DNA from: Sedimentisphaerales bacterium
GTDB taxonomy: Bacteria > Planctomycetota > Phycisphaerae > Sedimentisphaerales > Anaerobacaceae
Assembly (NCBI GenBank): GCA_963708075.1
Contig: OY970194.1
Coordinates: 2,528,001 to 2,592,000, forward strand
DNA length: 64,000 nt
Direction of reading: 5' to 3'
Shown here: piece after piece, positions 22,358 to 31,661 of the stretch
How positions within the stretch are numbered: position 1 is the first letter of the stretch
Layout of the letters: the number at the start of each line of letters is the position of its first letter
Made by a program: the position numbers and the translations under genes
The notes under the pieces: generated by a model
The model's database searches: none
What the model was told of the DNA's origin: nothing
What the model saw: the letters and a program-made list of their open reading frames with translations, nothing else

Positions 22358-22562
22358 ATCTCCTCCCGAGCAGAGTTCCTATGGAATGTCAACTACGCAT
22401 CTGCACTGCCGGCGACACATACCCGGAGAGATCAGTATAGCACTTTTCTCCTCGGATTTCGAGAGGAAAGACTCTGAAAGAGCTGCAAAGGAACGACCGG
22501 CCAGGAAGAAGATGCCCCGGAAGGAGCCCCGTAAACCCTTACAGAGAGGGTGATTAGAGGAA

Positions 22563-22636
22563 TGGGCGGTACAAGATTTGAACTTGTGACCTCGTGCGTG
22601 TCGAGCACGCGCTCTAGCCAACTGAGCTAACCGCCC
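22563..22636 (-). tRNA. tRNA-Val(GAC)
   Basis: GGGCGGT acceptor, AGCTCAGTTGGCTAGAGC D arm, CGTGC-TCGACAC-GCACG anticodon arm, ACAAG-TTCAAAT-CTTGT T arm; CCA not encoded. Confidence 0.95.
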
Positions 22637-22776
22637 TTGCCTGATTTTCCGTCGTTAGTATGAGCGATGCGGACGGCAAAATCAAGAACTTTTGCGGAAT
22701 TCCACAAAATATGGGCGTGCAGTATCCGCCGGAGCCGGCCAATGCCGGCAAAGGACTCCAGCGGCCGAGGGCAGAA

Positions 22777-23289
22777 TCAGAAAGGCAGATTCCTTCGGAC
22801 TACGGCAGCGGCCGCGAGGGTGCGATAGAAATCGCCGCTCCGGACAGTCAGAGAGATCTCTACGCTCTTGCAGTCCATCCCGTCGTCCGTAGGGGTCTTG
22901 GTGAACGTGGCAGCCGTGACGTTGTCGCACAGGACGTACTGACGGCTGTCGCTGTTGGTAATCAGGTAGAGCTTCCCGTCGGTGCCGTTGAACAGGTAGC
23001 TGATATCCTCGTCCGCGGCAGTGTAGAAATTGCACCGGTTGGCGGCGGCGCTGGGATCGATCGTGTGCCCTGTGCGGAGCTGGCTGGTCATTCGCGTCAG
23101 CGCCTGGCGGGCGTTGTTGATGGTCTCGTACATCTGCTCATTTTCGCCGTAGTTGATCACGGAGGCATGAAAAGCCGTCGCCAAAGCGGTAAGCAGTATG
23201 GCCGAGATGGCCAGGCCGATCAGGCATTCGACGATCGTGAACCCCTGGGGCAACCTCTGATGTTTGATTTTTGATCTTTGATTTCTCAT
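22777..23289 (-). CDS. Prepilin-type N-terminal cleavage/methylation protein (PilW/GspJ-like)
   Basis: QGFTIVECLIGLAI class III signal; last gene of pilus operon. Confidence 0.85.
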   Translation of the reverse strand: MRNQRSKIKHQRLPQGFTIVECLIGLAISAILLTALATAFHASVINYGENEQMYETINNARQALTRMTSQLRTGHTIDPSAAANRCNFYTAADEDISYLFNGTDGKLYLITNSDSRQYVLCDNVTAATFTKTPTDDGMDCKSVEISLTVRSGDFYRTLAAAAVVRRNLPF

Positions 23290-23358
23290 GCGTGTACTCT
23301 GATTGAAAAACGTGGCTTCAAACATCAAACATCAAACTTCGCACTCGCAACTCCCACG

Positions 23359-23850
23359 TCAATATCGTGCTCGAATCCAGTTCGTCGAGCTGATCTGTTG
23401 GCCGTTCTGCAGAATAATCACCGTGATGCGGATGAATGCGCTCGAATGATCGGCAACCACCATGTCGAAATTGGTGGGACTGAGATTCTGAACGGTCATC
23501 TGCTGGGTATAACTGCCCAGATCCGTCAGGGCCACCCTGTTCGCACTGATGGGCGGCGAAAACGTCGCACTGTCGAAGTCATCGACATCGTCATAGGCGG
23601 TCAGACCCGTCTCCTCCGGGCCAAATGTCGCGGTCACTGTCTCCGGATCCACGACGGGCAGGAGCACCGTCAACTCCCGAACCTGTTCGATCAGGAACTC
23701 GGCGGTGGAGAGGTCCGCTCCGAAGCTGTTGGCCTGCGTAAAGGATTGGCTTGCCACGACCAGGGCCGTGACCGACAATCCAACCAGCACAACGGCAATC
23801 ATAGCCTCAATCAGAGAAAACCCTTTGGGGCTTCGCACTGCAGCCATCAT
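23359..23850 (-). CDS. Prepilin-type N-terminal cleavage/methylation protein (PilV/GspI-like)
   Basis: KGFSLIEAMIAVVLV class III signal. Confidence 0.85.
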   Translation of the reverse strand: MMAAVRSPKGFSLIEAMIAVVLVGLSVTALVVASQSFTQANSFGADLSTAEFLIEQVRELTVLLPVVDPETVTATFGPEETGLTAYDDVDDFDSATFSPPISANRVALTDLGSYTQQMTVQNLSPTNFDMVVADHSSAFIRITVIILQNGQQISSTNWIRARY

Positions 23851-23877
23851 TATACCCCCCGAAAAATGTCCCCGAGC

Positions 23878-25086
23878 CTACTTGCCCGTGACGAGGTTCG
23901 ACATCTTGAAGATTGGCAGAATAATGCTCATCGCGATGAACCCGACCAGACAGCCCATCAGGACGATCATAATCGGCTCGATCATCGACGTCACCGCCTT
24001 GATCACGGTCTTCAGCTCGCGGCCGTAGAAGGTCGATACTTCCCTCAGGACCTCGGCCATGTTACCCGATTCCTCGCCACTTCGAATCATCTGCACGACG
24101 CTGCTGGGCATGAGCGTGTAACGGCTGAGGCTCGCCGCGATCTTCTTGCCCTGCCGCACCTCCTCGTAGACCCCCAGCCACATGTCCTTGAACAAAGCGT
24201 TGCCTGAGATATGGGCCGTGATGGAGATCGTGTTGAGAATCGGCACGCCGGCCCTCGTCAGCACGCCCATCGTATGGAGACTCCGCGTGATGTAGAGACA
24301 CCGGCACAACGTACTGATCAACGGCAGTATCAGCTTCGCTTTGTCCCACCACAGCCGCCCCACCGGCGTGTTGATGAAGTACCAGAACGCCCAGAAAGCC
24401 GCTCCGACCGCGGGAATGATGGCATACCACCAGTGCCGCATGAAAGCGCTCGTCGCCATCAGTATGATCGTCGGGGTCGGCAGCAGGTGCTCCTTACCCC
24501 TGAACAAGGCCGTGAATCGCGGAAGGACGAAACACAGCAGGAAGACAGTCACGCTCACGGCCATCACGGCAATGATGGCGGGATACACCATCGCGCCTTT
24601 GATCTGGGAGCGAGTCTCCGCCTCCTGGTCCAGGTACTCGGCGAGTTTCTGGAGCATGTCGCTGAGCGAGCCGGAGGCCTCCGCCGCCGCCACCATGTTG
24701 ATGTACAGATTGGTGAAGATGCCGGGATGCTCCGCCAGCGCCTGGGAGAAGCTGTTGCCCTCCTCGATCCGGATCTTCAGATCGCGCAGCACGGCTTGGA
24801 ATTTCCGATTGTCGCACTGCTCGGCGATCCCCTCGAGGGCGTCCTGCAAGCTGATACCCGCGCGGACCATAACGGCCAACTGGGTGGTGAAATGAAGGAT
24901 ATCCTTGCGGCTGGGACCGAATTCAACTCGGAACCCACGCACCTTGGCCATCACCGAGTCCGCGCCGGAGGCACCCTGGGACTGCTCGTATCGTCGGGGG
25001 CTCTCCACGGGACTCTCGGAGGCGCTGTTCTGGCGGATATCGGAAGTCGGTGCCGCTTCGTGGTCTTGTATCGTATGTGCTGCCAT
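23878..25086 (-). CDS. pilC: Type II secretion/type IV pilus platform protein (GspF/PilC)
   Basis: FTTQLAVMVRAGI, AEASGSL, IKGAMVYP, GEESGN, IEPIMI..ILPIF. Confidence 0.92.
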   Translation of the reverse strand: MAAHTIQDHEAAPTSDIRQNSASESPVESPRRYEQSQGASGADSVMAKVRGFRVEFGPSRKDILHFTTQLAVMVRAGISLQDALEGIAEQCDNRKFQAVLRDLKIRIEEGNSFSQALAEHPGIFTNLYINMVAAAEASGSLSDMLQKLAEYLDQEAETRSQIKGAMVYPAIIAVMAVSVTVFLLCFVLPRFTALFRGKEHLLPTPTIILMATSAFMRHWWYAIIPAVGAAFWAFWYFINTPVGRLWWDKAKLILPLISTLCRCLYITRSLHTMGVLTRAGVPILNTISITAHISGNALFKDMWLGVYEEVRQGKKIAASLSRYTLMPSSVVQMIRSGEESGNMAEVLREVSTFYGRELKTVIKAVTSMIEPIMIVLMGCLVGFIAMSIILPIFKMSNLVTGK

Positions 25087-25096
25087 GTCGTCCTCT

Positions 25097-26206
25097 CTAC
25101 TTTTCTGCCCCTACGACTACTCCCTGCCTGGCCTCGTCCGTCTTGCCGGAGACTGCGAGGATCTTTTCCATCTTGCCCGGATTACTGGAGCGAACAATGG
25201 CCTCTTCCCGATCGATGAAACCCTTGAAGTACATCTCCGCGATGCTGTTATCCATGCTCAGCATGCCCAGCCGGCGTGAGGTCTCGATGATATTCGGAAT
25301 CTCGTAGATCCTGTTTTCGCGGATGCAGTTGCGGGTGGCGGAGGTGCACAGGAGAATTTCCGTGCAGGGCACCATGCCCGGCTGGTCGACGCGTTTGAAC
25401 AGGGTCTGGGAGATGACCGCCTGCAGCGTGTTCGCCAGCATCGTGCGGATCTGGTTCTGCTGGCCGGGCGGATAGATGTCGATGATACGCTCGATGCTCT
25501 GCGGCGCGTTGATCGTGTGCAGTGTGCTGAAGACCAGGTGTCCTGTCTCGGCGGCGGTGATCGTGAAGCTCGTCGTCTCGAGGTCACGCATTTCGCCGAC
25601 CATGATGATATCGGGGTCCTGCCGCAGGGCATGCCGAAGGCCGGACGCGAAGTTTGGACAATCGGAGCCGATTTCCCGCTGCTCGATCATGCACCGCTCG
25701 TTCTCGAGCAGGTACTCGACCGGGTCCTCCAGCGTGACGATGCGCTTGCTGCACCGGGAGTTGATCAGCCCGATCATGGCGGCCAGGGTCGTGCTCTTTC
25801 CCGAGCCGGTGTGGCCCGTCACGAGCACCATCCCTCGGGGCAGGTCGGTCAACTCCTTGATGATCGGAGGCAGGTGCAGATCGTCGATCTTGAACACCTG
25901 GTTCGGAATCACGCGGAACGAGATGGCCACCGTGTCCCGCTGAAAATGCGCATTGACGCGGAACCGGTGCCCCCCGTTGATCGAGGTAGAGAAATCCAGG
26001 TCTCGCGTTTCCTCGAATCTCTTCGTCTTTTCCGGCCCAACCATCGCCAGCACCATGGCCCGGGCATCCTGGTTGGTCACCGGCGGACATTCCGTCGCGA
26101 TCAGCTCAGTATCCCTTCGCAGCACCGGCGGCATGCCCACATTGATGTGCACGTCGCTGGCCCGGTTCTCGATGGCCGTTTCCAAGATCGCCTTAATATC
26201 CAGCAT
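25097..26206 (-). CDS. pilT: Type IV pilus retraction ATPase PilT/PilU family
   Basis: ASDVHI, RFRVN, GHTGSGKSTTLAAM, QREIG, LRQDPDIIMVGEMRD, AETGHLVFSTLHT. Confidence 0.92.
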   Translation of the reverse strand: MLDIKAILETAIENRASDVHINVGMPPVLRRDTELIATECPPVTNQDARAMVLAMVGPEKTKRFEETRDLDFSTSINGGHRFRVNAHFQRDTVAISFRVIPNQVFKIDDLHLPPIIKELTDLPRGMVLVTGHTGSGKSTTLAAMIGLINSRCSKRIVTLEDPVEYLLENERCMIEQREIGSDCPNFASGLRHALRQDPDIIMVGEMRDLETTSFTITAAETGHLVFSTLHTINAPQSIERIIDIYPPGQQNQIRTMLANTLQAVISQTLFKRVDQPGMVPCTEILLCTSATRNCIRENRIYEIPNIIETSRRLGMLSMDNSIAEMYFKGFIDREEAIVRSSNPGKMEKILAVSGKTDEARQGVVVGAEK

Positions 26207-26246
26207 AACGTAATCGTCCTATGTAACGCCCGAAACTTCGGGCGGA

Positions 26247-28124
26247 TCAGCGCATGTTCTCAACAAACACTTCAACTTCGCTTTGCCCGTACACTTCGGT
26301 CACGCGAAGCACTTCTTCCAAGGTGGTCAGGCCCGCCTTGACTTTCTTGAGCCCGTCGTGGAACAGGGTATCATGCCCGCTCGTGCGGAAGGCCCGGCGC
26401 ATGTTGTTCACCGACGAGTCCTGGTTGATCATGTCGCGGAACTTGTCGTCGATGACGAGCAGCTCGAAGATTCCCACGCGGCCGGAATAGCCGGTGCCCC
26501 GGCAGGCGTCACAACCTTTGCCATGCATCAGCTCCTCCGGTTTGATGCCGGCCCGCTGCACGTACTTGAGCATCTGCTCAGGGATCTGGTACACTTCCTT
26601 GCACTTGGGGCAGATCCTCCGCACGAGGCGCTGAGCCGCCGCGGCGTTCAGCGAGGCGGCGATCAGGTACGGATCGATGCCGATGTTCACCAATCGGGTG
26701 ATGCTCGTAGCGGCGTCGTTCGTGTGCAGCGTGGATAGAACGAGGTGGCCCGTGAGGGCCGCCTGGACCGCGATTCTCGCCGTCTCATTGTCGCGGATTT
26801 CTCCGATCATGATGACGTCCGGGTCCTGGCGTAACAAGCTGCGCAGCGACGTTGCAAAGGTCAGCCCGGCCTTGTCATTGATCTGCACCTGATTGCAGAA
26901 GTCCAGCTCATATTCGACCGGGTCTTCCACCGTCGAGATGTTCAGCTTCTCGCCGTCCATCTCGGACAGGGCCGAGTACAGCGTGGTGCTCTTTCCGGAT
27001 CCTGTCGGCCCGGTCACCAGGAGAATGCCGTGCGGCATGCCGACCTGTTCCTTAAAGGTCGCGCAGACGTCCGGCTCCATCCCGACGTACTCCAGGCCGC
27101 GCATGATGGATTTGCTGTCGAGCACGCGAATCACGGTCTTTTCGCCGCGATTCGTGGGCAGCGTGGAAATACGCAGGTCGATCGCCCGGCCCCCGACGAT
27201 GGCGGCGACCTTGCCGTCCTGGGGCAGCCGCCGCTCGGAGATGTCCATGTTGGCCATGATCTTGACACGCGAGACGACCGCCGGGTGCATCTTGATCGGC
27301 GCCTGCATCGCTTCGAACAGCACGCCATCGACGCGGTAGCGGATTTTCGTCTGGGTCTCCTTGGGCTCGATGTGGATATCGCTGGCCCCTTCCCGAACGG
27401 CATTGCTGATGAGATAGTTGACGAATTTGATGATCGGCGACTGCCCGGCCATCTTCTCGAGGTCTCCCGAGTCCTCCTCCTGGTCCTGGACGACCTCCAC
27501 CTCCGTCATGTCGCTGATGATGTCTTCCAGATTGCCGCTGGCGGTCTGATCCTGCTGGAAGGACTCGCAGATGGCCGTGATGTCTTCCGCCGGGCAGACG
27601 AGCACTCGTGTTTCCATCTGCACCTGGCGTTTCACATCCTCCAGCGCGAAGATGTTCGCCGGTTCGCTGGTGACGACGACCAGGGTGCCCTCCTCGATCG
27701 CGATCGGCACGATGCTGCTGCGCTGGATGAACTCCATGTCGAGCTTCTGGAACGCCGCCTTGTCCACGTCCTGTGGAGTGACGCGGCGAAACTCCAGGCC
27801 GCTAAGCCTGGCCTTGGCTTCGAGAACATCGGCCGTGTTCGCAAGATTCTCCTTGAGTACCCATGTCGCCGCATCCATGCCGGGTCGGCTCATCAGTTCC
27901 CGCCGCATGCGACCATACTGCTCGTCGCTGATCTTCTCCATCTCCAGCAGAATATCGGCCACATCGCGCACGTGCGACTGGCTCACCGGCTCCGGAGAAT
28001 ACAGATCACACAGGCCACGCACCGACTCGTCATCGGGGCAGCTCTCGGCCGCCCCCGGCAAATCGACCGGATTCGGCTGAGGAGGCACTTTCTCTTTTGG
28101 ATGGGATAAGAAGCGTAACATCAT
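26247..28124 (-). CDS. pilB: Type IV pilus/T2SS assembly ATPase PilB/GspE
   Basis: N-terminal domain, ASDIHIEP, RLPQDG, GPTGSGKSTTLY, LRQDPD, TGHLVLSTLHTN, tetracysteine motif. Confidence 0.92.
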   Translation of the reverse strand: MMLRFLSHPKEKVPPQPNPVDLPGAAESCPDDESVRGLCDLYSPEPVSQSHVRDVADILLEMEKISDEQYGRMRRELMSRPGMDAATWVLKENLANTADVLEAKARLSGLEFRRVTPQDVDKAAFQKLDMEFIQRSSIVPIAIEEGTLVVVTSEPANIFALEDVKRQVQMETRVLVCPAEDITAICESFQQDQTASGNLEDIISDMTEVEVVQDQEEDSGDLEKMAGQSPIIKFVNYLISNAVREGASDIHIEPKETQTKIRYRVDGVLFEAMQAPIKMHPAVVSRVKIMANMDISERRLPQDGKVAAIVGGRAIDLRISTLPTNRGEKTVIRVLDSKSIMRGLEYVGMEPDVCATFKEQVGMPHGILLVTGPTGSGKSTTLYSALSEMDGEKLNISTVEDPVEYELDFCNQVQINDKAGLTFATSLRSLLRQDPDVIMIGEIRDNETARIAVQAALTGHLVLSTLHTNDAATSITRLVNIGIDPYLIAASLNAAAAQRLVRRICPKCKEVYQIPEQMLKYVQRAGIKPEELMHGKGCDACRGTGYSGRVGIFELLVIDDKFRDMINQDSSVNNMRRAFRTSGHDTLFHDGLKKVKAGLTTLEEVLRVTEVYGQSEVEVFVENMR

Positions 28125-28840
28125 TGTGAGAGCTTTAGCACAACGGTAAATTGTTCGGTCTCGGCGGAATTCCCGCCGGCCGGGTTCCCATCACCGCGCC
28201 AGGTCAGCTCCACGGAGTCGCTGCCAATGCGAGTGATGACAAAACCTTCAATCGTGTCGCCCTGTCGCAGAAGCATGTCATTGATCATGCAACTGCTGGC
28301 CGGCCCGGACTGCATCACGCTCAGAAGCGACAAAGAGCCGGCCCGCTGTCTCAAGCGTTGTTGCCTGATGAGGGCCGCTTCCGCCTCCGAATCGGCCTGC
28401 GGCGCGATCTCCGCCTTGATATCCTTGGCGAACGCTTCCACCTCGAACGGGTTTTTCGCCAGATCGTTCACGCGCACCTGGTAAACACCCGAGAATTCGT
28501 AGAACTTTTTGAGGATCTGATCAGCCTTGCTCATCATCTCCGTGCTGAAGCCGGTGAGTCGGCCGATGGCGACCTCCATCTGCGTTTGTTCCTCATCAGC
28601 CTGTTTGGCCAATGCGGCCTGCGGCTGGCTCTTGCGAATCATGAACCACAGGCAGACCAGTCCGACGGACACGAGGACGGCCACAAGAATCGTGCTCTTT
28701 CGCAGAGTCTTGCTGGTCGTGGCCACCGTCAGATATTCGAGAGAGCCGGAATCGTCGGACCCCTTGGGCAGGTGTTGCCCGCCGTTCTTGGTCTGGTTTC
28801 CCGATTCTCCGGCCCCTTGTTCACGCATGAAAGACAGCAT
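28121..28840 (-). CDS. Single-pass membrane protein of pilus operon (PilP/GspC-position)
   Basis: One TM, KNPF motif, C-terminal CMIND..L.QGD.IEGF.I..I domain; translationally coupled to pilB. Confidence 0.6.
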   Translation of the reverse strand: MLSFMREQGAGESGNQTKNGGQHLPKGSDDSGSLEYLTVATTSKTLRKSTILVAVLVSVGLVCLWFMIRKSQPQAALAKQADEEQTQMEVAIGRLTGFSTEMMSKADQILKKFYEFSGVYQVRVNDLAKNPFEVEAFAKDIKAEIAPQADSEAEAALIRQQRLRQRAGSLSLLSVMQSGPASSCMINDMLLRQGDTIEGFVITRIGSDSVELTWRGDGNPAGGNSAETEQFTVVLKLSQ

Positions 28841-28907
28841 AATGCAGCCCCGTCAATACCCTACCCTTTGGTTCGCGCGGGCATTCCTCACGGAATCTCC
28901 GCCACGA

Positions 28908-29444
28908 TCAGACAGCCTTGTTCTGGAAGAAAATGCTCAGGATGAAGTTGGCCCCGACCTTCCCCTCCGCCGTGTTCTCTTTCTCCAGATTGAGCTGTCT
29001 CAGTTTCATGATGCGCGGGAGCTTCTCGATTTCCAGCAGGAACGAGTAGAAGGAATTGAAGTCGCCCACCCACTTCATTTCCAGCGGCTGCTCCACGTAG
29101 CCGTTGTTGTCCTTGGGCACAAGGGTGCGGATGGTCTGAGGCTTGAGCCCCTGCTTCTGTGCGACGACCGTCACCTGCTCAAGGACCTTGTGGATTTCGC
29201 TGGTTGGAGGCAGCTTGCTCTCGAAGAAGCGGATCGCCTCCTGGAGCTGAGTCAGTTGCTTGTTGAGGTCATCGGCCTTGGCCGTGGCCTCTTCGAATTC
29301 TTTCAGCTTCGCCCGTTTGCCATCCACGCGCTGCTTGGCCTCGGCCAGGTGCTGATTCGCGGGCTTGACCATGTACTGGTAGCCGGCCACTGCCACAGCC
29401 ACCAACAGGATGAAGAACACTACTTTTCTAAGACCGCTGGTCAT
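28908..29444 (-). CDS. pilO: Type IVa pilus biogenesis protein PilO
   Basis: TM + coiled coil, KLP...EI..VL, Y.EQP......G.F....FL..IEKLPRI. Confidence 0.85.
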   Translation of the reverse strand: MTSGLRKVVFFILLVAVAVAGYQYMVKPANQHLAEAKQRVDGKRAKLKEFEEATAKADDLNKQLTQLQEAIRFFESKLPPTSEIHKVLEQVTVVAQKQGLKPQTIRTLVPKDNNGYVEQPLEMKWVGDFNSFYSFLLEIEKLPRIMKLRQLNLEKENTAEGKVGANFILSIFFQNKAV

Positions 29445-29511
29445 GATATCACTCCTGCATGCGGCCGGCCGTATCCTCGCCCGCCGCTGGGTCGTTCAAA
29501 GAATATCCGAA

Positions 29512-30231
29512 CTAGAACTGATACACCGAATGCGCCGCCTTGGATTTGATCGCCTCGACGTCTTCCTTCGTCAGGTGCACCTCGGGACGCAGCATGGCCG
29601 TGAGCTTGAACTGACGGAAGAACGTGCTATCGACCTTCTTCTCCTTGGACTCCACCAGCGCCACGTTGGTCAGCAGGACCGAGCTGCCGAGCCGCTCGAT
29701 GTACGCCGCCACCTGCAGATCGCTCGGCGACACACCTTCGATTTCCATGTGCGTCTCAAGCTGTTTCTCCGCCGAGACCCTCGCCTCCGGCTCCGGGCTC
29801 GCCTGTTGGTTCTGGGCCGTCTGGTACTTGTTTCTTGCCACGCTGGCCTGGGCGGTCTTGGTGAGCTCCTTCTGCACGAGGCCGACCTTGAGAAGAGACA
29901 CGCCGGCCGGCAGACTGTTCGTCAGGGATGCGAGCACCACGCTTCGCGGCACGGGCTCCAGCAGCTCCGCCGTCGTCAACGCGGTCCTCATCATCTCCTT
30001 GCGCTTCGTCTGCAGCTCCTCGAATTTCTTGATCGACTCCTGCATGCGCACCATCTTCGCATTGACAAGCGCTTCCTCGGCCTTGCAGGCCCCCTGGCGG
30101 ACTTTGATCATCACGAACGAGCCGCCCAGCACGGCCATGACCACCGAGAACATGACCAGGCACATCAGGTTGGCCCTGCGTGACTCATTGCCCTGCACAT
30201 AATCATCCGGCACGAAGTTTATGTTTGACAT
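29512..30231 (-). CDS. pilN: PilN domain protein
   Basis: INFVP start, TM, coiled coil, L..SLP.GV.L, IEG.......A.YI..L; position between pilM and pilO. Confidence 0.85.
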   Translation of the reverse strand: MSNINFVPDDYVQGNESRRANLMCLVMFSVVMAVLGGSFVMIKVRQGACKAEEALVNAKMVRMQESIKKFEELQTKRKEMMRTALTTAELLEPVPRSVVLASLTNSLPAGVSLLKVGLVQKELTKTAQASVARNKYQTAQNQQASPEPEARVSAEKQLETHMEIEGVSPSDLQVAAYIERLGSSVLLTNVALVESKEKKVDSTFFRQFKLTAMLRPEVHLTKEDVEAIKSKAAHSVYQF

Positions 30232-30278
30232 TGCGGTTATTACCTCCGTTGAAGGGACTGAAATTCCATGGACAGTTT

Positions 30279-31220
30279 TTACGAAAGGCTCAGGCCAAAC
30301 GCCAGGGCCCAGCCGACCGTGCCATTTCTCCGCTCCAGGCCGAAGCGATCCGGATCGTTCATCTGGATGGCTGCCATGCAGTCACCCATCTGCGCCTGAA
30401 CTTCCAGTTGCTTGGCAATGGTTCGGTAGATATCCGCGTCCACGGACAATCCCGACAAGAAAATCAATCGCTCGATCTGTACGCCCTTGTAGAGCGACAG
30501 GAATTCACGTCTGCAGGCGGTCAGCTCCATCACGAGCCTGCCGGTCAGCTTCTCATCCTCCTTGAGCTGCTTGGTGCCCACCGGGATCGAGCACGCATAC
30601 AGCGGATTCTTGTGCCGGCTGATCACGGCGTTCGTGCAGTCCGCCTGAATGTCCAGCAGCATGACGATCGACTCGAGATCGGTTTTGCGCCGCCCGAAGA
30701 AACGGGCATAGCAGGCGGCCAGCGCCACCGGCCAAACGCCGATCGACTTGAGCGTCATCCCCGCCCGCTCGTAGATCGCCAGATGCCTGTCGATCACCGC
30801 TCGCTCCGTCGCCAGCACCATGACGTTGTCCTGTTCCGCAGGAATGTACTTGATCATGGTGTTGTTCTCGATCGGCTCGAACGGCAGCTTCTGCTTGATC
30901 TTGGCGAAGATCGCCTCTTCGATCTTGCCGTCGAACTTCTTGGGCCAGCGCAGATGATCGATGAACACTTCGTTGGCCGGCAGGGCCGCCACGACCTCCT
31001 TGCCTTTGAAATGTCCCTCGTGCGCCGATTCCCGCATCACCTCAATAGCCCAGCGCTGCCAACGAGCCGTCCCCGGCAGAACATCCGCAGGACGGTTGAC
31101 GTATTGCCCGGCGATCAGGACCGAGTCCTCCGAGCCGTTGGCAAGCTGCGCCAGCTTGAGGCAATCGTTGCCCAAATCCACTCCGATGAGGTACGAGTTT
31201 TTTTTCCCAAGTCCAAACAT
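30279..31220 (-). CDS. pilM: Type IV pilus assembly protein PilM (actin-like)
   Basis: IGVDLG...LKLAQL, LLDI....T, IFLSG, ALAFGLSL; start at MFGLGKK. Confidence 0.85.
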   Translation of the reverse strand: MFGLGKKNSYLIGVDLGNDCLKLAQLANGSEDSVLIAGQYVNRPADVLPGTARWQRWAIEVMRESAHEGHFKGKEVVAALPANEVFIDHLRWPKKFDGKIEEAIFAKIKQKLPFEPIENNTMIKYIPAEQDNVMVLATERAVIDRHLAIYERAGMTLKSIGVWPVALAACYARFFGRRKTDLESIVMLLDIQADCTNAVISRHKNPLYACSIPVGTKQLKEDEKLTGRLVMELTACRREFLSLYKGVQIERLIFLSGLSVDADIYRTIAKQLEVQAQMGDCMAAIQMNDPDRFGLERRNGTVGWALAFGLSLS

Positions 31221-31661
31221 GTGACGTTCGCCTACCTTAGAAACGAGTTCACTTTCTTCCCTCTCTTCGTGGCGACAGGGGGAGTCCCTCGCGTTGCAGC
31301 GCGGCTCGTGAAACCCCCTTTTCCTTTCGATAACGCGGCCATGTTGACCTTCCGAGTAAACCGTCTGGAAGTAATATCTCGGCAATCAATACGATGCCGA
31401 TTAAAATATATGAAACAGAAAGGAGAGAGGCCAAAAACGTGCGCGGGATTGGCGATTCTGCGGCATGCCGGACATCACGGAACGAGGGTGGCTCCGATAA
31501 ACGGGGAGCGAACAGAGAGCTATGCGGCTTGAATTACAGTGAATCCATAGACGATAGGATCGATTCCCATCGCATTATTTGTCGTTTGTCACATCGACTC
31601 GCTTCATTGAACGCGCGGCGCGAACCGCATAAACCCTACAGGCGGCACAGACTCTGCAAGC

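Noticed and set aside
31221..31660. Riboswitch or sRNA upstream of pilM
   Set aside because: Only a short TCGGCA..TGCCGA dyad; no recognisable aptamer or terminator.
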